DNA of 64,000 nt, from NCBI GenBank assembly GCA_965216875.1, contig OZ244207.1:8032001-8096000 (forward strand), read 5' to 3'. Every line of letters starts with the position of its first letter. Position 1 is the first letter of the stretch. Origin of the DNA: Rubripirellula sp. (GTDB lineage Bacteria > Planctomycetota > Planctomycetia > Pirellulales > Pirellulaceae). Positions 49,234-58,267 of the stretch are shown here, piece after piece. The translations under genes and the position numbers were made by a program. Below the pieces are notes generated by a model. That model saw nothing but the letters and a program-made list of their open reading frames with translations. It was not told the DNA's origin and made no database searches.

Positions 49234-52200
49234 CGTCCGCTCCCTAAGCTTTCGTAGTATTTGCGAACCGCATCGGCGTACTCATCAGGCACGGGGTCGC
49301 GGTCGATCGGCACGTTCGCATTCTTGTCAGCCGAACGGCGCAGGAGTTCTTCAGAAACATCGCGTCGCAGTTCCCGAAGCGGAGTGGCGATCATTTCGTC
49401 GACCAACGCCCAGCGTGGTTCTTTTGAATGTCGCTTGTAATCACGTCGCATCTCACGAGCACGGTCGCGAATCCTCGCCGCACGCGAACGCAACTCGGGG
49501 TCATCCACCATTTCTTCGACATCACGCAGGCCGTCAGTCCATTCGCGAAAACCATCGCCAGTAAGGGGTGATGCGAGCCCGGGGTTTTCGGCAGCGAACT
49601 GATTCATCGCCGACTGACGCTGCTGAGAGCCTTGCGGTTGGCCGTTTGGTTGCTGGCCTTGTTGTTGGTTCTGCGACTGCGGTTGTTGTCCGGCTTGTCC
49701 GGACGGTTGCCCTTGTTGTTGCTGCTGCTGGCCTTCTCGTTGTTGTCCTTGCTGTTGGGACGGTTGTCCTTGCTGCTGCGACTCTTGTTGGCCCTGTTGC
49801 TGAGATTGCTGTTGGCCCTGCTGCTGAGACTGTTGCTGAGATTGCTGTCCTGGTTGTTGAGACGATTGTTGACCTTGTTGTGAGGATTGCTGCTGCCCTT
49901 GTTGTTGGGGCTGGTCCGAGTCAGAACGCTGCTGGGCGTTGGGTTGTCCGCTCTGTTGCTGCGACGATTGCTCCGAGGGATTGTCACTCTCGTTTGGGTT
50001 TTGCCCTCCTTGTTGCTGCGAAGACGGTTGGCGATTCTGTTGTTGGCCATCTTGTTGGTTTTCACTCGGCCGATCGCCGCCACGTTGTTGGTTTGACTGC
50101 GAAGCCGGTTGTCCGCTCTCCGCGTTCTCCTGAGTGCCCTGTTGAGGGTCGTTCCGGCGAATCTCGTCATCGAGTGACCGTTCGAGTCGCTCGAGTTGAC
50201 TGAGTGCTCGGGCCAATGCTTCGGTCTCATCACCAAGTACCGTCGACGCGGCTTCTTCGAGATCTTCTCGCAGTTGATCGAGTCCTTCGGCAGCCTGTTT
50301 CTCAAACTCTTGAGCTTGAGGATCATATCCTCGCCGCAGCAACTCGGATGTGTTTTCGAGTGACCGATCGACTTGTCGCTGTCTTGTTTTGCGGTAGGAG
50401 TCATAGAGCTTCTGGGCGAGCAGCGGTTCAGCAGATTCGGCCTGTTCGACCGTCTCTTGCATCTTGTCGAGAAGTTCGCCGAGTTGTTCTCGCTGTTGAT
50501 CGAGCTGCTTGAGGATCTCTTCACGCGGGTCGGTGCCGCGAAGGCCTTGGGCAGGATCGTTTTCGTCTATGTTGGCAAGTTGCTCGGAGAGCTTTTCCTG
50601 GTTTTGGTCGAGCTCTTGCGCGTCGCTCCGCATTTGCCGCATCGTTTCATTGAATGCACCGGCAGCTTCACGTCGGAATTCATCTCGCATTTCTTCGAAT
50701 TCGCGTTCGGCTCGTTTGCCGGCCGAAAGGGCTTCTGCGGCATCGTTTTCTCGCAACGCCTCGCTGGCTCGCCGAACGTTTTCGCGGGTTTCATCCAATC
50801 GCTCGGCCGCATCGCTCATCTGCTGTTGGTTTTCAGGTTGCTGCATCCTTTCGGCAAGCTCGTCCGTTTCGCGAAGCAAATCTTGTTGCTGTTCGCGCAG
50901 GCGTTGCAGCTGCCGTTTGATCTCCTCTTGCTCTTCTTCCGTCTCGGCTTGCTCAAGAGCAGACTGTAGTTGTGCAAGTTCCTTATTCAGGTCTTCTTGT
51001 CGCCGTGCGAGCTCGCGCAACCGATTGAGCACTTGGCGTATTTCGCGTTGCAACTGTTCTTGCTCGGAGTTCTCTTGGGCTTGCTGCTGCGTCTCGTACC
51101 GGTTTTCTTCCTGGTCGATCTCCAGTTCGTTGATTTGTTGCTGCCGGCGTTGGGCGCTGCGGTTCTGCGGTTGGCCTTGGTTTTGTTGTTGCTGTCGCCG
51201 TTGGACTTCAAACTCGCGAGCACGTAGTTTCAATAGTCCTGCATACGCTTGTTGGGCGGCGATCATTGCTGGGTCGAGCGGATCGACATCGTTGCCGTCA
51301 ACGGCATTCGAGAATTCATCGTAGGCTGTTGTCATGGCGCCTCGAATCACCTCGACGATTTTCAAAGAGCGTTCGTCTTGGATTTTCTCGGCAAGTTGTT
51401 CCATTTGCAAAATGGCATCGCTTTGTGAATCCTTCAGCAAGGTGGCGTTGTCACCAAAGTCTTGGCTCGGCTGTTCACCTCGCTCGGCACGAATCACCGT
51501 CCAGGTTGCGTTGATGATTTCCTTTTGCAATTCGGCCAATTGTTCCGCTTGCTGGCCGTTTTGGTTTTGTTGTTGCTGCTGTTGTTGTTGACCAGATGGC
51601 GGCGGTTGGCCTTCGCGAAAGATCTCGTCAAAGGGACGCACTTCGGCAAAGAACATGTCCGACTCGGTGCGGCGGACGTCGCCGTCGGGCCCAAAGTCTT
51701 CAGCCCAAAAGAAATAAGCAAACAGTTGATCGGGCTCGGCTTCGAGTGCTTCGAATTCAACCAGGCGTTCAAGCTTCTCGGTGGCCCCTCGCGGGATTTC
51801 TTCACCAAGCGTCATGTCCACGATCGGGCCACCGCTGAATCGGTAAGACATGCCGGCGCGGGCGACGCCAAAATCATCACGGACTTCGGCGCCGAGCAGG
51901 AGTTCTTCGATTGGCGAAACGACAACATCGCGAGCTTGAGATAGCTTTAGTTTTGGCGGTTGGTTCGGAAGGACTCGGGCGATCAACTCGGGCGGGTAGC
52001 GGTTTTCGCGGTGATCGGCGTCCACCAATTTCAGCGTCAAGCGTTTCGTTTCTTGAAGGTCGATCGATGTGCTGTAGGCACCAGGGCTTGCATCGTCTGG
52101 CTCAAGTGCGATTCGTTCGCTGCCATCTTTCGAAACCAGTTCGGCCGAGATGACGTCCTTGTTCAGAAAACAGATCCATTTCACTTCCGTGCCAACAACG

Positions 52201-53120
52201 GCCGAGACTCGCACGGTGTCTTCGACGCGTTTGTCTTCGAGTTTGGTGTACTCGGGGTAATCGAGTTGGGCGTCGGAACGTACGAGCGTTGGGAATTCAA
52301 ACACATCGACCGAGTAGGTGTCGCTTTCCCAATCGTCGGTGATGATTTGGTACGTGAAGGGTTTGTCGATCGAAGCGACGAATCCGCCAACGACGGGGTC
52401 GTCTAAGTTCTGTGTCATGGTGATGCGACGTTGGTCTCCGTCTTGGTCGACACAAATCAGTTCGGCTTGATCGGGTACCAGCTCGCGTGCGATCCCCTCG
52501 AAGCGAGCCGTGATGACGAGACTCGTTCCGCGTGCTACTTCCGTGTCGCCGGGAGTGACCGCAATGTTGATCTTTGCAGCCGAAAGGTTTGAGCTGCTGG
52601 ATCCGCCCGTTCGCGAGGTTTGTTCAGAGACGGCAAGGAGGGACAGCACGACACACATGAACGCCGTCGCCACCAAACCTGACAGCCGGCTGAGAATGAG
52701 TTTTCCGGTCGGTACAACATCGGTCCATCGATGGGTCCATGAGTGATCGCGTGCCTCGTTGATCACTCGACGTTGCAAATAGCCCAGCTGTTCCTCATTT
52801 TCCGATTGGCTAAGTGCGGTGAGTAGCCGTTGTTTCAAACTCGGAAACTGGTCTTCGATTTGTGATGCGACAAGTCTCGGGTCGCGATAGCTGAGCCGAC
52901 TGGCAACAAACGCGATCAAGAAGGCGATGACGGCACCCAGCAACATCGCAAAAGCGAGCTGAGGTCCAAGCGAAATCCCGCCTCCGCCGCGCGCGTCAAC
53001 GTAGACTCCGAGTCCTGCAAGCCCGACGACGAGAGCGATGAGACCAAGCAGTCGCCACAAACGCAGGCTTCGCAGTCGGCGTGTCACGGGGCGAATTCGA
53101 TCGGAAATGGAATCGTTCAT
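49230..53120 (-). CDS. Large membrane-anchored coiled-coil protein with Gln-rich region (DUF4175-like)
   Basis: TM helices, Ig-like part with DDFGV, long E/Q/R coiled coils, poly-Q linker, C-terminal PVPDEYADAVRKYYESL. Confidence 0.8.
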   Translation of the reverse strand: MNDSISDRIRPVTRRLRSLRLWRLLGLIALVVGLAGLGVYVDARGGGGISLGPQLAFAMLLGAVIAFLIAFVASRLSYRDPRLVASQIEDQFPSLKQRLLTALSQSENEEQLGYLQRRVINEARDHSWTHRWTDVVPTGKLILSRLSGLVATAFMCVVLSLLAVSEQTSRTGGSSSSNLSAAKINIAVTPGDTEVARGTSLVITARFEGIARELVPDQAELICVDQDGDQRRITMTQNLDDPVVGGFVASIDKPFTYQIITDDWESDTYSVDVFEFPTLVRSDAQLDYPEYTKLEDKRVEDTVRVSAVVGTEVKWICFLNKDVISAELVSKDGSERIALEPDDASPGAYSTSIDLQETKRLTLKLVDADHRENRYPPELIARVLPNQPPKLKLSQARDVVVSPIEELLLGAEVRDDFGVARAGMSYRFSGGPIVDMTLGEEIPRGATEKLERLVEFEALEAEPDQLFAYFFWAEDFGPDGDVRRTESDMFFAEVRPFDEIFREGQPPPSGQQQQQQQQNQNGQQAEQLAELQKEIINATWTVIRAERGEQPSQDFGDNATLLKDSQSDAILQMEQLAEKIQDERSLKIVEVIRGAMTTAYDEFSNAVDGNDVDPLDPAMIAAQQAYAGLLKLRAREFEVQRRQQQQNQGQPQNRSAQRRQQQINELEIDQEENRYETQQQAQENSEQEQLQREIRQVLNRLRELARRQEDLNKELAQLQSALEQAETEEEQEEIKRQLQRLREQQQDLLRETDELAERMQQPENQQQMSDAAERLDETRENVRRASEALRENDAAEALSAGKRAEREFEEMRDEFRREAAGAFNETMRQMRSDAQELDQNQEKLSEQLANIDENDPAQGLRGTDPREEILKQLDQQREQLGELLDKMQETVEQAESAEPLLAQKLYDSYRKTRQRQVDRSLENTSELLRRGYDPQAQEFEKQAAEGLDQLREDLEEAASTVLGDETEALARALSQLERLERSLDDEIRRNDPQQGTQENAESGQPASQSNQQRGGDRPSENQQDGQQQNRQPSSQQQGGQNPNESDNPSEQSSQQQSGQPNAQQRSDSDQPQQQGQQQSSQQGQQSSQQPGQQSQQQSQQQGQQQSQQQGQQESQQQGQPSQQQGQQREGQQQQQQGQPSGQAGQQPQSQNQQQGQQPNGQPQGSQQRQSAMNQFAAENPGLASPLTGDGFREWTDGLRDVEEMVDDPELRSRAARIRDRAREMRRDYKRHSKEPRWALVDEMIATPLRELRRDVSEELLRRSADKNANVPIDRDPVPDEYADAVRKYYESLGSGR

Positions 53121-53136
53121 CTCACTTGCTCCCAAC

Positions 53137-55332
53137 CTACGTTTGCGGTCCTGGGGCCGGTTCGGGTGTGGTGTCGGACGCTTCGTTCCCACTGCGACTG
53201 ATGACGCCGCCAAGTAGAGTTTCGAGTGCCAACAACGCGAGCGCTGCCACGAGCAACCATTGCCAAAGGCGTTGGCGTTTTTCCAGCTCGATGTCTCTCA
53301 GTTGGCGCTGTTTGGCCTGTGTTTGCTGGGTCGTTTCTTGTGCACCCAGCGTGATGCCAAAGCGTTCAAAGTCAGTGTCTGCGATCGTCTCGGTTTGGCT
53401 TTCGGATGCGGCCAGGTTGACCGCAAAACTGGACGCGAGGTCACCTTCATTGAACGTGTAGATGCCGGGTTGGTCGATCTGCGATGCGTCGGCGTCGGTT
53501 TGGAATTCGAAGGCTGCGCCCGAGGGACGCGTGATCGTCGCCAAATCGGAGGGGGAGTGGTTGATCGATTCCCCGACCGCAAAGCTCGTTGATTGGTCTT
53601 GGGAATCTGTTGTGTCGAACAGACGGAAGATCAACGGTACAAATTTGGTTGAAAGGGCGAGCTGGCTTTCCGATGGTTGCCATCCAGTACCAAGCACCCA
53701 GAGTCGCCCGCCAGCGCGTTGCTCATCGACCGTCCATTCAATGAGTGCGGGGTCGCCATCATCAAAATGGCAGAGAACGTTCCAACTGGAATCGAGGTCT
53801 TTGATTTGACGATGTGACCAGATTCGGATCTTGGTGAAGTCGTTGAATTGGGGATCTGCCATTGTCGCAAAGACAGGATGTGCGAAATCGATGCGTGAAA
53901 ACATCACGTAGTCGTCAATTTCTGCTTCCGCAATCACCAGCGGTTTTGCTTGCGGAGCGTCCGGGTCCGCGTCGTCGCGTTCTACTTGAGTCAACGAACC
54001 AATGCTGATCGCGTGGTCGGAACCCTTGCCCGCTGAAGTCAAGACATAGAGAACGCGTCCGCCTCGATTGATGTATTCACGAAGTCGCTCCGTGACGTCC
54101 GAGGACAGTGGCGTGGCGACAACGATCAGCGGTGTTTTGACTGGATCAGGAGTTTGTGTAAGTTGATTGGGTTCAGCCGATTCGACGGTGACGATTCGTT
54201 GTGAATTGTTCCAGGGCACGCGTTGCAGGTAGTACAACAGGCTCTCACGCGGTTGGCCTGAGACCGAACCCAAATAGAGCAGTTTCAGTTCCCTTTGCTT
54301 TGGACTGACAAGGTAGCGAACGTTGTCGAACGAATGATCGTCGCCACTGAGAACAAGGGAGTCGATTCCCGGTGTCGGGCTTGGCATGCGAATGACACGG
54401 GACTGGCCTGGGGGAACTTGGACGGGCAGTTCCGCTGCTTGCGAAGACGCTTCACCACTGGCATTTGCCCATCGCAACCGAAACCTCGAGTCCGTGGAGT
54501 CGGCTGCGTTGCTGATTCGCACACGCACCTTCGTCTCGTCTTCTCCCTCAGCCTTGATTCGCTCCGAGAGAAGTTGAGCGGATGCGTTGGTTCGCTCTTT
54601 AGGAACGACCTTCTTGATGTCGAGACGCATTTTTTCGGGCCACTCAAACACTTGCAGGCTTTCGAGTTGGCTGCCGGCTTGCATGTCGGTGATCAGGATC
54701 ATGTGGGCTGGACCGCTGCCAAGCTTCACCGCGTCTTCCGGAGCATCTTCGCTTTGCGGCGGCGTGTGCGCAGTCGCGAGGTCGGCTGCAAAGGAGATCG
54801 CCTTTCCCGTTTCCGTGGCAAGCCAAGTCGGCGTGGTTTCCTTGAGCAGACGTTTGACCGATGCCTTGCGTTGGGGCAGCGCAAGCTCGGCCGATTGTTC
54901 GAACCCGAGGAGGGTGCGTGGTGCTTGGTCAAACGTGACCAACGCGATTTGGTCGGCTGCTTGAAGATCGTCGATCACTTCTTCGGCGTGATCGAGCGCT
55001 TGTTGCCAAAGCCCAGCCCGCTGCATGCTGGCGCTGGTGTCAACGACCAGCACCATGCGTCGCGCGGGAACGTCCGAGTCGGATAACGCGGCCGTTCGCA
55101 AGAAAGGCCGAGTGAAAGCGGCCGCTAACAACAGTAACGCCAAGGCTCGGATCAGCAGTAGCGGCCAGTTGTCGAGGCGGCTTTTTCGCGTCAGCCTCGG
55201 GGGCGTCGGCTGCAGGAACATCAGCGAACTGAATTCAACTTCGCCCTTGGGTCGCCGGCGAATCAAGTGGAAGAGGATCGGTAAGCCAATCGCCAATGCG
55301 CCGGCAAAGTACAGCGGTGCAAGCAAACTCAC
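53137..55332 (-). CDS. BatA-domain/vWA membrane protein
   Basis: LPILFHLIRR...FSSLMFL (BatA), DTSASM, ITDMQ, C-terminal TM helix. Confidence 0.85.
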   Translation of the reverse strand: MSLLAPLYFAGALAIGLPILFHLIRRRPKGEVEFSSLMFLQPTPPRLTRKSRLDNWPLLLIRALALLLLAAAFTRPFLRTAALSDSDVPARRMVLVVDTSASMQRAGLWQQALDHAEEVIDDLQAADQIALVTFDQAPRTLLGFEQSAELALPQRKASVKRLLKETTPTWLATETGKAISFAADLATAHTPPQSEDAPEDAVKLGSGPAHMILITDMQAGSQLESLQVFEWPEKMRLDIKKVVPKERTNASAQLLSERIKAEGEDETKVRVRISNAADSTDSRFRLRWANASGEASSQAAELPVQVPPGQSRVIRMPSPTPGIDSLVLSGDDHSFDNVRYLVSPKQRELKLLYLGSVSGQPRESLLYYLQRVPWNNSQRIVTVESAEPNQLTQTPDPVKTPLIVVATPLSSDVTERLREYINRGGRVLYVLTSAGKGSDHAISIGSLTQVERDDADPDAPQAKPLVIAEAEIDDYVMFSRIDFAHPVFATMADPQFNDFTKIRIWSHRQIKDLDSSWNVLCHFDDGDPALIEWTVDEQRAGGRLWVLGTGWQPSESQLALSTKFVPLIFRLFDTTDSQDQSTSFAVGESINHSPSDLATITRPSGAAFEFQTDADASQIDQPGIYTFNEGDLASSFAVNLAASESQTETIADTDFERFGITLGAQETTQQTQAKQRQLRDIELEKRQRLWQWLLVAALALLALETLLGGVISRSGNEASDTTPEPAPGPQT

Positions 55333-56324
55333 GTTGCACCTCCCGATCGGCTGGCACCTGAAATCATTCCAGCGCGACTTGGCCCACCACTTCGACGTTG
55401 CTGGACCGACACCACATTGAATAATGCGTTCTCGAGCGGTTCGTCGGTACGCATCATGAACAGGTCAACGCCAAGTGCGTCGCACGTTGCTTGAATCTGT
55501 TTCTGATGTTCTTCAAACCTCTCGCGGTACGACTCTCGCGCGGCATCCGGGTCGAGATAGATTTCACGACCCGATTCCATGTCGACCACCATGCTTGGCG
55601 ACTCAAGATGGAGCTCAAGCTCGGAGGGGTCGAGTGTTCTCAGGATCATCACTTCGTGGCCACGCGATCGCAAGTAGGCAAGGTTGGTACGAAGCGTTTC
55701 GATCGACGCAAGCAGATCGGAAACCAGGATGATCAATCCGCGACGACGCACGAGTGATGCGATCTGTTTGAGCGGCGTGTCGATGTCGGTCCCCGTTCCT
55801 GCGACGGGACGCGAAAGAGACACGAAGAGTTGGCGTAGATGTCCTGGGCGATTGCGGGCACTGATGAAGTCGCCGATTTCTTGGTCGAACGTCAACAGGC
55901 CGATGCTGTCTCGTTGAAGCGTCAAGTAATAGGCGATCGTAGCAACCAGTGTTCTGGCATATTCGATCTTTGCATAGTCGAGCGATCCGAATCCCATCGA
56001 TTTGCTTTGGTCAAAAACCAAATAGCAACGACGATTCGTTTCGTCTTCGAATTGTTTGATGTAGTAGCGATCGGTTCGTGCAAAGAGCTTCCAATCGAGC
56101 GACCTCAGGTCATCGCCCACCGTGTAGGGTCGGTATTCACTGAATTCGACCGAAAACCCGTGATACGGACTACGATGCAGTCCGTTGTAGAAACCTTCGA
56201 CAATCGCTTTGGCGCGAAGTTGCAGGTTCTTGATGCGCATCACAGCAAGCGGATCGATATCGGCAACACGCGACGATTTGTCGGTTGGGGTGCTGGTTCG
56301 ATTGGGTGATGCGTTGCTCGCCAT
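55329..56324 (-). CDS. DUF58 protein
   Basis: GLHRSPYHGFSVEFSEYRPY..GDD...DWK, DQSKSM. Confidence 0.9.
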   Translation of the reverse strand: MASNASPNRTSTPTDKSSRVADIDPLAVMRIKNLQLRAKAIVEGFYNGLHRSPYHGFSVEFSEYRPYTVGDDLRSLDWKLFARTDRYYIKQFEDETNRRCYLVFDQSKSMGFGSLDYAKIEYARTLVATIAYYLTLQRDSIGLLTFDQEIGDFISARNRPGHLRQLFVSLSRPVAGTGTDIDTPLKQIASLVRRRGLIILVSDLLASIETLRTNLAYLRSRGHEVMILRTLDPSELELHLESPSMVVDMESGREIYLDPDAARESYRERFEEHQKQIQATCDALGVDLFMMRTDEPLENALFNVVSVQQRRSGGPSRAGMISGASRSGGAT

Positions 56325-57337
56325 CAGTTCGCTTGTGTTGGCACGGTCGACAGCAGTTGGTCGATCACATTTTCGATGGTGACGCCTTCTGCTTCCGCCT
56401 TGTAGCTAAGCAGGACTCGGTGGCGAAGTGTGGGGTGGGCCAATGCGCGTATGTCGTCGATGCTGACGTGGGCTTGGCCGGTGAGGAGTGCGCGTGCTTT
56501 GGCGCCCAGCACGAGCGTTTGTGCGGCACGCGTTCCGGCACCCCAGCTAACCCATTGATTGACAAAGTCGGCAGCCCCCTCGCGGCCAGGGCGTGTCGCC
56601 GCTGAGAGTCGAACAGCATACGCCGCTGTTTCTTCTGCAATCGGTACTTTGCGCACCGCTTCGTGGAAACGAAGCACATCTTCGCCGGAAAAGAGCGGTT
56701 CAATCGGTTCCGGTCGACTTGAGGTCGTTTGCATGACAACTGCAAGCTCATCTTGAGGCGGCAAGTAGTCGATCAGAACGTTGAAAAGGAACCGGTCAAG
56801 CTGTGCTTCGGGAAGCGGGTAGGTGCCTTCCATTTCGATGGGGTTTTGGGTCGCCAAAACGAAGAAGGGCTCTTCAAGTGGATAACGCCGGCCGGCTGCA
56901 GTGACTTGATGCTCCTGCATCGCTTCAAGCAGCGCCGCTTGCGTCTTTGGAGGCGTTCGGTTGATCTCGTCAGCCAGAATCACGTTGGCGAAAATGGGAC
57001 CTTTGACGAATTGGAGTCGCCTTCCGCCCTCTTCGGTTTGCTCCAAGATCTCCGTGCCGGTGATGTCGGCGGGCATCAGGTCGGGTGTGAACTGGATGCG
57101 TTGAAAGTTGAGGTGGAAGATCTTGGCAACGCTGCTGACAAGCAACGTCTTGGCGAGCCCCGGCGCGCCGGTGATCAAACAGTGTCCTCCGGCGAACAAG
57201 CAGATGAGCAGCTGTTCGATGACATCGTTTTGCCCCACGATCACCTTCGACAACTCGCGCGTGATTTGGTCTCGACCGGTTCGGATTTGTTCGACAATGC
57301 GAGCTTCTTCTTCGACGGACATCGTTTCGGCAGACAT
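56324..57337 (-). CDS. moxR: MoxR-family AAA+ ATPase
   Basis: GAPGLAKT, RIQFTPDLMPADITG, DEINR, ATQNPIEMEGTYPLPEAQLDRF. Confidence 0.93.
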   Translation of the reverse strand: MSAETMSVEEEARIVEQIRTGRDQITRELSKVIVGQNDVIEQLLICLFAGGHCLITGAPGLAKTLLVSSVAKIFHLNFQRIQFTPDLMPADITGTEILEQTEEGGRRLQFVKGPIFANVILADEINRTPPKTQAALLEAMQEHQVTAAGRRYPLEEPFFVLATQNPIEMEGTYPLPEAQLDRFLFNVLIDYLPPQDELAVVMQTTSSRPEPIEPLFSGEDVLRFHEAVRKVPIAEETAAYAVRLSAATRPGREGAADFVNQWVSWGAGTRAAQTLVLGAKARALLTGQAHVSIDDIRALAHPTLRHRVLLSYKAEAEGVTIENVIDQLLSTVPTQAN

Positions 57338-57427
57338 AGGCAATCAGGAATTCAGGATCAGCGGTTCAGAATCGATGGACGTGTAATGACGATTGTTTGG
57401 GGCGGCGGCATCGTTCCGCCACGGTGA

Positions 57428-58267
57428 CTAATGGGTCATCGCGTAGGTCACGATGTTGATGCCCATTGGGTACGCTTTTTTGACGGAGTATTCATCGAAA
57501 TACCATTGTTGTTCACCTTCGCGTTCCCAGCCGTCACCCAGGTCGGTGTTGTGGCAAATGAACACCATGATGCGATCGTTGTCATCGGTGATGGCGCGGT
57601 AGTGAGCGACACTCGTGTCACTTCCATCACGTGACCACTCGAAAGACTGTCCGCGACTTGCGCCACCCAACGCGGGGACTTGCGGCTTCTCTTTCATGTC
57701 GTAGACACAGTGGAAGATCTCGTGTGAAAGCGGGACTTCGAAAGGATCGCGATCGGGAAAGACTCGCTTGAGTTCGCGACGCAGGTTCTCGTATTGGCTG
57801 TCGCCCCAAAAATCGTCGACCATGAGGAAGCCGCCATTGAGACAGTACTTGCGCAGGGCGTCGATTTCGTCGCCGTGAAAGACGAGCGCACCGGGTTCGA
57901 TGATGTAAATGAACGGGTAGTCAAACAATTCGGGATCAGTCAGACGCAGCACGATCGGTTCTGGGTTGACCTTGAGCGAAGTGAGTTGCTGGAGTCGTAG
58001 CGAGAAATTCAAGTCGCTGTCACGCCAATCGGTTGCCCAACCCCCACCACCGCGGCCGTAGCCACCGTAGGAGTCGTATTGAATACGGACAAACGTGAAC
58101 GTGTCTTTTTCAAAGGCCGGGTCAATCTCCCAGTCCGGAACACCATTGCGATCATTCGGGTCTTGACGACGCCAGCGTTGGGCGGTCGCCACACTGGCGA
58201 TCAGCACAAAGCAGGCCGCGAAACCGAATTGCAGCCAACGTTTGGCCAACATCCTGGGCATGGTCAC
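57428..58267 (-). CDS. DUF4159 protein
   Basis: FTFVRIQY, YPFIY, GGFLMVDDFWG, HNTDLGDGWE, MGINIVTYAMTH. Confidence 0.85.
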   Translation of the reverse strand: MTMPRMLAKRWLQFGFAACFVLIASVATAQRWRRQDPNDRNGVPDWEIDPAFEKDTFTFVRIQYDSYGGYGRGGGGWATDWRDSDLNFSLRLQQLTSLKVNPEPIVLRLTDPELFDYPFIYIIEPGALVFHGDEIDALRKYCLNGGFLMVDDFWGDSQYENLRRELKRVFPDRDPFEVPLSHEIFHCVYDMKEKPQVPALGGASRGQSFEWSRDGSDTSVAHYRAITDDNDRIMVFICHNTDLGDGWEREGEQQWYFDEYSVKKAYPMGINIVTYAMTH

